A stretch of 62,912 bases of DNA, the filler included, from Bipalium vagum (Eukaryota), in the NCBI GenBank assembly GCA_037834085.1. It is 3 parts of 3 records of this genome, joined end to end, with 100 filler letters (N's around TTAATTAATTAA, not from the genome) between each part and the next. Parts side by side here need not be neighbours in the genome. Positions count along the whole stretch, not along the records: positions 1 to 29,337 come from JBBMKC010031070.1; 2 more parts are not named here. One strand, written 5' to 3'. The notes under the pieces are model-generated. The model made no database searches, was not told the DNA's origin, and saw only the letters and a program-made list of their open reading frames with translations. Shown in pieces: positions 11,920-25,130 of this stretch; positions within the stretch are counted from its first letter, which is position 1, and every line of letters starts with the position of its first letter. The position numbers and the translations under genes are program-made.

Positions 11920-12945
11920 AAAATGAAATTCAAAATTGAAATCTGTGAAAGAAAGCTTTAAAAATTAGATTAATAAGTCCTTTAAAATCAAAAAATCCAT
12001 ATGAAGAATTTAAAAATAATAAAGAACATTATAAAAAATATTTATTTAAGCAATTAAAATATAAAACTAATGATTTTGATCATAACAAAAACATTCTTCA
12101 CGATGAATTTAAAATATCTGATTATAATATTGAAAAGTTTTAAGATAGTAAAATAGAAAATTTTGATAATATAAATTCAATTCAATTACATTTATTCAGA
12201 TATCAAAGTTTAGTTGATCCTTCATATGTTAAATTATCATTTAATTCATTATCATATATTGTTAATATAAAAATTTAAGATGTTTTGTGTATTTTGTAAT
12301 AGCTTGTCTACATCCAGCAAAGAATCATGATGAAAGAGTAAATAATTATGTTACATATGTGAATGAATTAAATTTAAATGGTATAAATTTTCCAGTGAAA
12401 ATAAAAGATATAAAAAAATTAAAAATCAAAATAATAATACTGTAAATGTATTTGAATTATCGGAAAATAGTACAAATGGAAATGAATAATATTACCAATC
12501 CATATTGAACATTTCATAGCTCATCCAACTATAAAAGAAAGAATATGCAATTTGTTATTATTAAATAATAATCATTATATATTATGTAAAATCTGAATAT
12601 CTGTGCTAATACAAAATCACAAAATCGTATTTTTCTTAATTGTTTAAATTCATATAGATCAGAAAATTTACTCAATGAACATAAAAGATTATGTCAAGAA
12701 AAAGAAGATGCAAAACCTAGCTTTCAACGAAAGATTATTGTAAATTTACAAATTATTATTTTAGAAATAAAACCTCATTTGTAATATACAGTAATTTTGA
12801 ATGAATTACACAAATAAAAATATTTCTGAGTAAGCAAAATTTTTATCTGAACAACTTTTGCTTTGGTAGTTGGAATTTATATTAAATCGAATTATCCTGA
12901 AATATATGAATCAAGATATTATCAATATTACGGAGAAAACTCTAG
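11920..12945 (+). mobile_element. Polinton/Maverick (adintovirus-type) protein-primed DNA polymerase B fossil
   Basis: Broken frames read LNLNGINFPVKIKDIKK, VNVFEL, ICNLLLL, CLNSYRSENLLNEHKRLC and CKFTNYYFRNKTSFVIYSNFE. This matches the motif order of Polinton polB leading to the FVIYADFE exonuclease motif. Many stops and frameshifts. Confidence 0.62.
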
Positions 12946-12984
12946 GTCCACAATATGATTTTTTTATATGCGGGAAGAAAATCT

Positions 12985-14121
12985 TATCCAATCTACACAT
13001 ATGCTTCCTCGACTTAGTCGACGCATTTGGGTCAGTGCCACACTCCCTATTATGGCTATTCCTTGAAAAATGGGCCTGCAATACCTAATAATAAATTTGA
13101 TTAAAAATCTTTATAGCTGCATCCAAACAATTTACATGTGCAACCACATCTGTACCGATCCAATTCCTATAACAAGAGGCGTCAAACAAGGATGTCCTTT
13201 GTCCATGACACTTTTCTGTCTGGCTATCGATTTTATATTTCGTGAGAATGACCAAAGAAACTGTGGATACGATATATATGGAATAAACAATTCATCACTG
13301 GCATACGCGGATGATATTGTTCTTATTTCTAATAACTTTGGTAAGTTGAAAGAAACCTTAATAAGAGTTGAAGAACTAGCAGAATGGGCTGGACAAAATT
13401 TTAGATCAAACAAATGCGGCTACTATGATCAAAATTTAAAACCACAGAACCTACTGAACATTGGAGCCGAGAAGATGCCACCAATTGCAGAAACAGGCTC
13501 ATATAATTATCTTGGAGTACCTTTTGGTAAAAAGATCAATCATAACATTGATGATTTACTTGCGGAAAATGTCAAGAATTTTGATAAAATTTGCAAAAGC
13601 TTTTTAAGTCCTGCTCAAAAAATCCAATAATTAAAGATCTTCTTGCAATCAAGGCTTCCATTTCTTCTAAGAAATAGAGACATCAATATTCAAACTCTCT
13701 CGTCACCTCATGGAAGACAAGTGGTGTCATTAGAGGACGATATCGGTTATGATGAAAAGGTACGGCATCTTATAAAAAATACCAAGAAATCTTTTAAATA
13801 ATGCTTATATATACTCATACAAAGTTGAGTGGTTTGGGTATCATTGCCGCAGTAGACGATTACATGATACAAAATGTTTTACAGGCTTTTCGAATGCTTA
13901 CCTCTTCAGACTTGCAGTTACGTTATTTGATTTGCTCAAAGTTAATCAGTACCGCTAAAATTCGAAACTCAGGTAATCATACGGACATCCATATTGCTCT
14001 GGAATGGTTGAATGGTGAAAAATTAAATGACGGCCATGTGGCTACTTGGTGGACAAAGATTCGAAGTACTTATATTAAATTATACGTGTGGCTCAAAACA
14101 TATGGACGGCATTGTATTTAG
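12985..14121 (+). mobile_element. Non-LTR retrotransposon reverse transcriptase fragment (R2/NeSL/R4-like), frameshifted
   Basis: Motifs FLDLVDAFGSVPH, RGVKQGCPLS, LAYADDIVL, YNYLGVP and IYTHTKLSGLGI. Frameshift near 13070-13088 and stop at 13630. No endonuclease domain visible. Confidence 0.88.
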
Positions 14122-17100
14122 AAAAAACTTTGAAAAGAAGAGAAAATAAAGATTTTCCTGAACAAAGTTTATGGGTTTGCATACTTTGTTTTGTTTATAA
14201 GAGTACTTTTTAAGTAGGTATGTAAAATTTGTCTGTATTTGCTTAACAATTATGGTAAAAACTCATTTAAAAATATTTATCAAGGTTGTTTAATTCCTGT
14301 CAGTCGACCATTAACATTTCTTTAAAACTCGTTTTTCTCTTGTATAGTAAATTAAAAATTGATATCATAATAAAATAAAAATGTAGAATTGTTAACCTAG
14401 AACAATCTAATTTATTCTAAAATAAACATATTCAGTTTAATATCAATTTTTAAAGGTTAATCAATATCTTGATGATTGGTATTTTGTTGAACGTTCTCAG
14501 AAAGGTCTGGTGGAAACATCAAAATTGCTCTGAATAGGGACCAAATCAACTCACTTCAAAATAAATCACATTAAATATTACCTGTCATCTAATCTTTTTT
14601 CGAGATTTTGGGATCGATAAAATCGATATTTTAATTCTTATTAAATGATTTTTCTTATTAAAATAATTATTTTATATAGTGAAGAAATATAAAATATAAA
14701 TTAAAATGATATTTGATATTATGTGACAAATTGCATTTCATCGTAATATCCATTAATTAAATTTAACGAGTGATTTAGATGTTGATTTAAACCGTTTATT
14801 TGATAATGAAAATTTTCAATTAATTTTAATTGAAATATAATTTAAATCATATTCTTTCTTATAGGAAATTTTCAGAAAATTTTGAAAAATTCTGATTTTT
14901 TATAAATCTACTACATTTAAACTTAATTGAACTTTTTAAAATACATTTTATTAACAGTTGAATAAAATTATAAAATCTTGCAGAAATAAAAATGATCAAT
15001 TTTTTATTATTTAATTATATTGTGCTCTTTGATTTTAATAATTTATATCAACTTGAAACTTAATTCGTGAAATATATTAAAGCACAATTTTTGATTTTTT
15101 TTATCTATATTCACTTAGATTAATAACTTTTTTTTTCTTATAATATTTTTACTGTCGGGTTTTCATCCTATAATAATTTTAATAATAATGATATATACGA
15201 TAATGTTAAGTAAAATTAATTTTAAAATATCCATTTTTTCTTTGAACGAATGGGTTAATTAATCTTTTGTCCTTTTAAATTGGTGAGGCGGCTAATAATT
15301 TTAGGCAGCTTACTGCCATAAAATAATTTTCTTTGAGGTAGCATTGGCTGTCTTAGTACATTAAATTATTTCTGCAGCACCATTACTTGCCACAACGTTC
15401 TTCAAATGATCATTTAAAGGAAGAATCCCAGAAACTGTCAGCCTGAGGACTCGAATAAGTAGCAGGCTACCATTTAAAGAGCTCACAGATCTTATTGTTT
15501 GATAGGAGCAAAGAGTTTGATTTACATGAGTTTTTATACGAATTTTGATTACACAAAATGGGAGTAAAGGTTTTGATTATATAATTTTTTAGGTTCTGAT
15601 CATACGTGAATATCTTTCATCAAGCAGTACCTCGCAATCAAGTAAACATGATTCATGGTTTGACGTCATACCCGGGTTCCGCCGAGATCTATAAACGGGG
15701 AGTGATTTGTTGAGAGACTTGGCGTTGGTTTAAGAATTTGAAAGAGTTATCCGATCGGTCAGACATTTCTTTTCCTTTTAGTTATATATATTTTCATTAT
15801 ACGATGATTAAAAATTAAAAAATAATTATTGATTTTTAATTACTTCATAATTGAATTTTTTTAATTTTTAAGACATTTGACTGAAATAAATGTTGAAAGA
15901 TGTCTTTTCCAAAGAGTTAAGTTGTTATCTTCAAAATTTATTATTATAATCAATTAATGCATTATTTTAATTCTTAATTAATCGCGTTATCCTAAAGTTC
16001 TTATCGATCGATAATTATCATACTGTTTTGATAATTATCATTAGTGTTTGATCAGTAGTTTTTTTTATTGAAATTTGATCGAAACGTGAGGGCTGGAAGT
16101 GGTTGAAGTTATTTTAAAGGGGAACATAAATGTATTAATGGTATTTCTCAGTAGAGTACTGACTAACTCTAATCGTATTCGTTGCATGATTAATATTGAC
16201 ATTTCTTTTGTTAACTGAATTGACAATTAATAAATCATAATGCTGTATACGTTATTTTAACTTAATCTTAAGATTACTTTAGAACCCATAAAAACATATT
16301 CAGTTGGGTTAGGTTAAAATTTAAATATTAACTTGACCTATAAAATTTCTTTATATGCCGAATAAAATTACTCAACTAAAATCAAAGTAATAAAATTTTA
16401 TCATATATTGACGCTATCAAATGGGAAATTTGATACTCCGAACCAATTTCTTTTATTGAATTCTTAGACTACTAAGTCATTTGAAACAAATTACCCAAGG
16501 TTTATCATTATACGTATAATGATTCCATCCTCGAGTTTTTCAACATATGCAATTTCAATTGATAAATACCAAGTCACAGAGTCTTATTTGTGGTTCATTT
16601 TTTATTGACACAGTTAAAGAATTTATTGACAAAATTTTTTTGGATTTCTTAAAGATATTTTTTGTTTTTTTCATCTGAGACATTTCAAGTTAAAAAACTT
16701 ATTTTATTTTTGTTAATTTTTTTCAATTTTTAATTATTTTAACAAATTCAGTTCTCATTTCATGTTTATTTTAAATATCGTTTGGTTTTCCAATCTACAT
16801 AAAATCCTTTTTTTACTTGTGATCCTTTTACCAGGCTGTTAAGGATAGTGTTCTCAAAACAAAACTCTTCGTTGTTTTTTCTCACTTTTTCTATTTCTAA
16901 ACCAAACTTCCCTAACACAAAAATATTAAGAAAATATATAAATCAAATGATGTTAAACCAAGGCACTTCCATACACATTTAGATTTACTAATTTACTAAA
17001 TAAAGCGCAAGCAAAATTTGATAAGTTTTATAGACTTAATTTAAAATCCTTGATTACTATAGATTTTTTAAGCTAAGGCAATTAAAGATAATTATACTTG

Positions 17101-17860
17101 TTATAATTAATTAATTTAAATGTGTAATTAGTATTTAAAATATTTCATATTTCATTAGCGGTTTTTAACAATAATTAATTAAAATTATTAATTTTAAACT
17201 ACTTTAGATAAGCATAACTATAAATAAATGCAATTAATTAACTTTTATACATAAAATTTTAATAGTGCAAGACGGACTGAAATCCTAGATTTCATAAAAT
17301 TTATAAAATCATATCACTTATATTATATTATTATTAATAATATTATTTCTTAATAATTATAATAGTGATCTCAGATTAATGTTTCAGTAACATTTTTCAA
17401 TATTTTAATTTTCGTTATTTGATGAAAATTATTTTCCACTAAATGTATTTTAATCTTGTGAACAAAATTGACTTATTTTTTTTATCAGTTGACAATATAA
17501 AATCTATTTAAACATTTAATCTTATAAAACATGTTTTCAACTTTTTATCAGTTCTTCATCAATCAGTAAAATCTGATATTATATATTTTAAAAAATAAAA
17601 CTACATGCATAATGTAATTTTTTTTATAAATATTTTACTAGATTCTGATTGGCTAAATTATAAACTAATTGATTTACTAAATTATATATTAATAATATGA
17701 TCGATGATCAATAAAAAAATATTTATTAAATTCTACTTAACTGTTTTTAATTTAGACAGTCAAGAGTTTAAATGTCTAAATCTTTAAAAAGTTTTATAAA
17801 AGGTGATTAAAACATCAAAAGTTAAATTAATAAAATACACTTAATTAAAATGATTTGTCT

Positions 17861-18704
17861 TATATCAGTTCATTGCAAAAGTTCGTGCCCGATTTTATTA
17901 AAAAATAAAAGTCAAAATTTTAATAAAAGATTTTATTACTCATTAACATATTCGCCCTTTCTCTTTACAATTAGTTTCCAACGATATTCAAGTTTTTCGA
18001 TCATAGATTTAAAAAATTCTCTTGGCTTTCCTAGAATAAAGTTAGTGGGATGATTTTAGCATCCTCTTCAGAATAAAATTTCTTTCCCATCAAACTGTCT
18101 TTTAATCACCTGTTACTAATCTACCAAAAAAAATCATTTTTATTTCGTGACATCCATACGATGAAATTTATTCCTTTCGATCAATATATGCAGCACCAAT
18201 GATTTTAGTTTAGAAACGTATTCCTGAGTCTTTAAATGACGAAATGCAGTCGAAATATTTAAACCAAGGCTAGTGGCAATCTCCTGTTTAAAATTTTTTG
18301 ATGTCTATCTAATATGGTACCAATCATGTCGTCTTTAATTGCTGAATGTCATCCAGAATGAGATTGACTTTTCAAGATAAAATTCCTATTACTAAATCGT
18401 TGAAACAATTTCTTAATAGTCCTTAGAGAAGAAGCGCCATGAACACTTTTATAAGCAATTATAACACTTACACCTTTATAAAATTCATAAAACATTATAT
18501 GACGTAAATTTATGTTATCTATCTTCATATTTTATATAATACTGCAATATTATTTTAGAAGAATTTAACTTAAAATGATACCTGTTAATATCACATAAAC
18601 AGTATGATTTATTTTAATATAAGACATTGTTTATACCTTTCTGAGTCTGGTTTTTAAAACAGTCTTTAAAAATCGGACACGAACTTTTGCAATGACCCAA
18701 TATA
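17861..18704 (-). mobile_element. Degenerate mariner element with both TIRs
   Basis: The left end tatatcagttcattgcaaaagttcgtgcccgatttt is the inverted repeat of the right end aaaatcggacacgaacttttgcaatgacccaatata. Minus-strand remnants of the transposase C-terminus (...KGEY) lie near 17950. Confidence 0.82.
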
Positions 18705-20125
18705 ATCACAGGTGAAAGTAGGATGAAAATTTATTCATTATTTATCTTTAAATTATTATCAATAAATATTTATAATTATAACATAATCGTGAGACTTTGA
18801 ATTTTGTTTCTTTTTAGAAGGCAAGTAATATACTTTAAGTTTTATTTTTTCACCAGTAATCAATAAAACAATGAAATAAATATTTTCTGTTATCATATGA
18901 CATGCTTAAAGCTTATTTATCTGTTTATAGAATTAATTTAAGGAAAAATCAATTATGAAATTTTTCTAAGTAAAATTAATTTCCCAGTAAATTAAAAGAG
19001 AAAATTTCGATTTTACATATATATCCTGAGAATTAAGCAATGACAAAATTCCAAAGGTTATGCGGACGTTATGTTTAAATAATTAATAAATTTCTAAATA
19101 AAAACCGAGTCTGTTAAAGAATATTTTATTAATTTGTAAAATGATAAAAATAGTCTAAAGCCGAATATAAAATTGTGTTTTTCTCATTTGGTAAAAAAAT
19201 TAATAAATTAGAGTTCCAATTCCTTCACACAATTTCAATTATTTTTAAGCCTGACAAAATAGTGACACGGTTTGATTAATTTTATTCAACAGAGAATCCA
19301 TTTACAATATTTTGATATTTTTAACTGGAGTTCAGTTTTTAACAATATTTTCCTTTGAAAAAAATAATATAATCTATTTTTCCCTGGATGCCGCAAAACT
19401 TTCAAAATCAATCCCTTGCAAAATAATTATTTAGAATCTTTTTAATCAGTCCATCACTGAATTTGCATGGTAAACCATCATTTTGAAAGTTTTAAGCCAA
19501 TCATTATCAAGTAAATTTATTAAAAATGAATTAAATATTATATATTCCCAGTTTTTTTGTAACTTTAAAAATTGAAAGAGAAAAATAAATAAATAAATAT
19601 TTTTATTTCTCACAACTTAATAATAATAATATTTTTTATTTTTTAAATACGACAGCTAATAAAATCATGAGAGAAAATCACCATTATTTCACGTGACGAA
19701 ATGATTAATAATTAAATTTTAATTAAAATGATTGTAACGTCATTTTTCATAATAAATACAAATAAATCCAATAACGAGAGATACGAAAATGGTAATTGTA
19801 ACCGTTACTATATAACGCTTATAATTATTGTTACTGATCAAATAATCAAATGGAGTTGGGAAATAAAAATTACAGCAGGCTTATTGAAAAAATCCCACAA
19901 AATTTGTATGCAAATAAAATTAAGCTTTCTTACTTGCTGGTTTGGTGTGTTTGATACAGCAAAATTGTATTAAATATCAAGATTTGTATTTTACTGTGTC
20001 TAATTTCGTTCTCAAAACAAAATATAGACAGATTTTCTCTTCAATTTTCAGTTTTTAATTTCTTATAATATTTCCTCATCACATTCTTTCACAGAAAACT
20101 CTATCAAACGTTCAATAAAACGGCT

Positions 20126-22090
20126 ATGCCACACAATGTCATTGGTGACCCGCCGAAATCCCAAAGAGTGCAAACCAAGCCGTTTTTCAAGCAGAATTCT
20201 CCCACAATTATTCTCATCAAGCGTTTGGGAACGATTTTTCTCCATTTTACCCGACGCAGTACCATTCACGGTTTGAACCATTTGGCTCAAGCCAGAAGCA
20301 GCAGACGTCGTTTGTTTTGGCTTTTCATTTCAACATGTGCAACATTTGGATTTTTTGTCAATCTGTTTTATTTGGTGGAAAAGTTTATCCAAACCCCAAT
20401 TCTCACAAACACGTTTCATGATTATACCAGATTCACATATCCGGACATCACATTCTGCTTAGTGAATCCCATCAATTTCCCTCCGAAACATACTGCTCAA
20501 TACAAAACATTGGTGAATGTTATCGACAGTTTTCTGAAAAAGGAATTTTCCTTCGCTGCAAAATACATAAATTCATCGAAAAACGAAGATCTCTTGCCGA
20601 GATTAGAGTTGACAGATTATCTTTTTATTAAAGACAATATTTCATATACTCACTCTCCATGGTCTGCCATCGTTGCTTGTAAATATCTTCATTACGATTG
20701 TACTTGGGAACATTTCGACGTCCATTTCATTTGGCCATATGGCAACTGTTTTACTTTTAATGCCACAAAAATGAACCATAATCTAACGAGAGATGTTCAA
20801 CGAAACATGAAACTGAACGGATTTAGACCCGATTTTCGAATTATAATTTACAAGTCGATAAATAAAATGAGTTCAGTTATCCATGATCCTTTCAATGATA
20901 TTACAAAACCCAGTGGAGTTTTGGCAATGATCCATGAAATTGAAACATATCCTCACGTCAGTGACAGTTTCATAGTCGACTCTTATACTCAGGTTGATTT
21001 GAAGATTACTACCAAGCTCCATTTAGAAACCTTACAGAAATGTAATCCAAAACGACAGAATTATACCTACTGTGATTACCGGTCTAAGAAATGTCAGTCT
21101 TTTCAGGGAAAGAACATTGACTGCGTTTTCGAAATCATTCAGAATAAAATAGCCAAAAGCTGCCAATGTCAGATGCATACGATGCCCGTTTTGTTTCATA
21201 ATCGTCACTATCCTTTCTGTTATAATTTAATGTTGGAAAATCCTCACAACATCAGTTTCATCAAAAACTGCTTAAGTCAAAGTATCAAAGTACTTGACAA
21301 GCTTTCTATCCATTCTACGTGCTACAGAGACTTATGTTCTCATCCTACCTACTCGACAGTCATTTCTCATAGTAAATTTCCAGCTATACAAGACCGTCAG
21401 ACGCACTGGTTATGGTTAGCTATTTTATCGCGTATAGAGGAATACGAAGTAGCAAATTATGGAAAATCCAATCTTATTCATAAAGCTATTAAAAGAAACC
21501 ATAGTACTCTTTTGAGAATTCCCAATTTCCTATTAAACGAAACCAAAGAAGGAAAAAATTTTGATTCGATAAAAAGAATTTACGAAGATAAGAGAGATGA
21601 TTTGGTAGATGAATTGTTCATTGATCAAAACTTTATGCAGCTAAGATTTGTACCATCATCATTGTTCATGGATCACATTGAAGAGACTGAAGAATATCCA
21701 ATAAGTCGGCTGTTAAGTGACATTGGAGGTTGCGCAGGCTTATGGGTTGGAGCCAGCTTAATAACAATTTTCGAATTTTTTGACTTGTTAATGGATCTCT
21801 GTGTTATTTTGAGGATTCGACCTCGTTATTTGCAGAGGGATAAAAATGGTCAAAATCAAGGTGGAGAAGATGACAACACGAATGAACACGGCGAGGATAT
21901 GGTCATAGAAAACATAGAGAATATGATGATGAAAATGATGGATTCCAATCAACCAAATATAACCATGAATATTAATCATTACAATACCATTTACAACTCG
22001 TTAATGTCCGAAGAGTCCGAGTCGAGTGAAGACTTTTCTTTGGATCTTGACATGGGACTGCCTGATACCGAACTCATTTCAGATGTCTAA
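20126..22090 (+). CDS. DEG/ENaC family amiloride-sensitive sodium channel subunit, single exon (654 aa)
   Basis: Pre-TM1 HG motif (STIHGLNH), TM1 (LFWLFISTCATFGFFVNLFYLV), YPDITFC, YGNCFTFN, Cys-rich thumb (CQC..P..CY..C), and TM2 LLSDIGGCAGLWVGASLITIFEF with the GAS filter. Confidence 0.95.
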   Translation: MPHNVIGDPPKSQRVQTKPFFKQNSPTIILIKRLGTIFLHFTRRSTIHGLNHLAQARSSRRRLFWLFISTCATFGFFVNLFYLVEKFIQTPILTNTFHDYTRFTYPDITFCLVNPINFPPKHTAQYKTLVNVIDSFLKKEFSFAAKYINSSKNEDLLPRLELTDYLFIKDNISYTHSPWSAIVACKYLHYDCTWEHFDVHFIWPYGNCFTFNATKMNHNLTRDVQRNMKLNGFRPDFRIIIYKSINKMSSVIHDPFNDITKPSGVLAMIHEIETYPHVSDSFIVDSYTQVDLKITTKLHLETLQKCNPKRQNYTYCDYRSKKCQSFQGKNIDCVFEIIQNKIAKSCQCQMHTMPVLFHNRHYPFCYNLMLENPHNISFIKNCLSQSIKVLDKLSIHSTCYRDLCSHPTYSTVISHSKFPAIQDRQTHWLWLAILSRIEEYEVANYGKSNLIHKAIKRNHSTLLRIPNFLLNETKEGKNFDSIKRIYEDKRDDLVDELFIDQNFMQLRFVPSSLFMDHIEETEEYPISRLLSDIGGCAGLWVGASLITIFEFFDLLMDLCVILRIRPRYLQRDKNGQNQGGEDDNTNEHGEDMVIENIENMMMKMMDSNQPNITMNINHYNTIYNSLMSEESESSEDFSLDLDMGLPDTELISDV

Positions 22091-22999
22091 TTATTTCCGA
22101 AACTGGGGAATCATTAATACACTGATTAGACTTATTTGTATAAAAATCAAAAAGTAATCTTTGATATTAAGAGAATTAATATTTCTACTAAACAAAATAA
22201 CAATGGTTAATTATTTATATATTTCAGCTTGAAAAAAGCCAGTTTATCTAAGGTTTTGTCTTCCCCAATTAATACGCCAAGTTTTTCTAGAATAGGATTT
22301 ATTTTGCAACCATATATAGCAATAGTTTATCTATTCAATACTTTTATATATATTAAATTTATTATTTATTATTTATCTTATGTCTTTTTAGACATAAATT
22401 TTCAGCGTCATTGTAGAGAATATTTTTCATATCTTTTTGACAAGTAAAATAGCAAAAAATCAGGAAAATGAATTATTTTCTGAAATTAAAAGAAATGAGG
22501 TTTCTTTTTCCATGTTGAAAAATTAATGTGAAAATATTAAAATATTTCCAAATGGTTTTCCATTGTCGCTGATTATATATCAAATGAAAATTTATTTATT
22601 TAATATATTTATTTGTAAATTGAATCAATCTCCTTTTTCTTTCCCTTAATGAGTTTTGTTATTGATTCAATGTCAGCATACTTTTATAGCCCTAACACCA
22701 AGCCGACTGTACAGTTAAATCAGATCTCTCTTAGAAGAATATTTAATTATCTTTTTTATTATTGATTGACAGGTCTTCAGTATTTTCGCTATCAGTTCAT
22801 TTCTCAAAATGTTTTAACACTTTTTCTAAAGCTAATTAATTTAACACTGAAAATTTTCATCTATAAAAATTATTTTTGTAACTTAAATTCTTCAAAAATC
22901 ATTATCAAAATTTTTATTTTAATTAATAATAATTAATTAAAATAATTTTTAATTAAAATAATTTTTAATTAATCTTTCTATTGGCTTTTCTTATCTTCG

Positions 23000-23900
23000 A
23001 CGCGACATCTTTCTATCTTTATCGCCTGGTTTACCTATGATGTTTACATCTTCGATGTGCTTGCTGCATTGAAGTTTCGTACTTAATTCTCGAGACCATA
23101 TTTCCGTTTGCTAACTGTAGGTAAGGTCTTTACTCAAATAAGCTGGCCCATCCACATCTGAAATTTGATTTTTTGTCTTCTTCATAAAGACGACAGCATT
23201 GTAATCTGTCTTTGGCTATGTTTATTTTCACATTCAAATAATATTTGAAAGGATTACAGAAATCTTTCCTTGTGATGTACAAATTATTTTCATGTATAAG
23301 CATAATACATTTGATCAAGACGAAATAAATCTTTCTCTTCCATCATTATCTCTTTGTGATTTAACTGCTGGAATTTCTTTACCAGTACTAATGCCTGTGT
23401 TAATGTTAGCCTCATTTTGCAAAATTCTTTTTCTGACCATGTCAACCTGTTACCATTACTTCCATATAATTCTTGCAGGCTCTAGATTTCTGCTGTAATA
23501 ATTACATATTCAAAGGAAACTGCTCAAATTCTTTACATATGTTGCTTTTCAAAATTTTACTTTAATAGAATTTGTTCGAACTCTTTTTTTATCTATTATA
23601 TGATCGAAGAACTTTACTTTTTCACATAGTAGGTTGTTTTTCTGTTGACACCCTAAAACCTGCCTTTTGAATCCAGTCTAATATTTATTCTCAACTCACA
23701 TAATGTCGATTCAATCCCTCATTATAAATCATAATATTATCTTCCTCATTAAATAATAATAATATTTAACTTTCTTACCTTTCGGAAAATTCTAGAATGT
23801 CAGTCTTTTCGTATCAGATTCATGATTCTATGAATGCAATGGTAGTCATTACTAGGTTTTCACTTTTTCGATATCATTTGAATACATTGAAGATAAAGCA
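23000..23900 (-). mobile_element. Degenerate LTR (Gypsy-like) pol remnant
   Basis: The minus-strand piece SLQELYGSNGNRLTWSEKEFCKMRLTLTQALVL resembles the RT-RNaseH connection (PL..L....F.W.....F..LK..LT.APVL). A DGP motif follows. Heavily decayed. Confidence 0.4.
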
Positions 23901-24889
23901 CAAAAGATAATAATTTTGCTCAAAATATTTATCTAAAGCTGTTAAGCTATTATATTTTCTTTCATATTATTTTCTTCTCCAATAAATTTTAATTATAAAA
24001 TTGTTTAAAAGTTATTAACTTTATAATTAATATATACATTATATATAATTATATTTTTAAATTATCTTTTTTCAAAATTAGATACATGAATGACGTTTGA
24101 CGCAAATTTTTAAACATTTCAATTACTTTAATGTTGGGAAAATTAATCTTGAAACATTGATAAGCCAAGGTTAAAAAAGTAACCTTGGTTTGAAGCATAA
24201 GATTCTCCTTACTTAAGTTTTTTAAATAATATTTTTAATATTTAAAAAAAAACTATATATTACAAGTTATTATTTTTATTACACACATTTTACCACATAT
24301 ATTCTACATTGTAAACATCACACATAACCTTCAATAATTTTTGTTTTATTTCTTCCAATAAATCTTTTCAAATTGCGTACAAATTTTAAAATATGTTACT
24401 TTATTATTTACGATTTCAGTTTGTGAATATTTTTTAATATTTGACCTGATAAAATTTCTCTTTCTAATTTATTCAACTAAAATTGCAGACAATGGAGAAA
24501 AATAACGAAATCAGACGTTCATTTTTCAATAATAATTTCTTCATAAATTTTATTTCTTTCAATTTTCTTTTCACAGAGTTAAAATAAAAGTGAAATATGT
24601 GAATCAAATAATTTTCGTTTTTCTTTAAAAAGTTTGAATAACAAAAATAAAAGTTATTTCAGTTTTTAAAATAAAATTTTGCATAATTTTTTTTAATCAT
24701 TGCTTGAGATTGATAAAAGATGAAATAGAGTAGAAATTAATGAGAACAATTAACTTGACCCAAATATAAGATTGTTAACAGCACAAAATTTCGAAAGCTC
24801 AGAAAAACAAGGAACAAAGAAATAATTATTTTACAAAGTTATATTTTGGAATGTATTATTATTATAGTAAATCATTTTTATTTTAAAAT

Positions 24890-25130
24890 TAAATATAAAT
24901 AAATTGGTTAATTAATTAATTAAAATCAAATTAATTACATTATAAATAAATTGGTGAATTAATTAATTGAAATTTAATTAAATTTATTATTATATAAATA
25001 AAAAGGTGAATTAATTAATTGAAAATTAATTAAATTAATAATAATATAAATAAATTGCTGAATTAATTAAAATTATTATAATATAAATAAATTGGTGAAT
25101 TAATTAATTGAAATTTAATTTAATTAATTA
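24890..25130. repeat. AT-rich minisatellite, about 5 imperfect copies of roughly 50 nt
   Basis: Recurring unit ataaataaattggtgaattaattaattgaaatttaattaaatt. Confidence 0.75.

Noticed and set aside
20063-22447. Short ORFs antisense to or downstream of the ENaC gene, and other 60-90 aa F/I/L/K-rich ORFs
   Set aside because: Antisense shadows or chance ORFs in AT-rich DNA, many with non-ATG starts.
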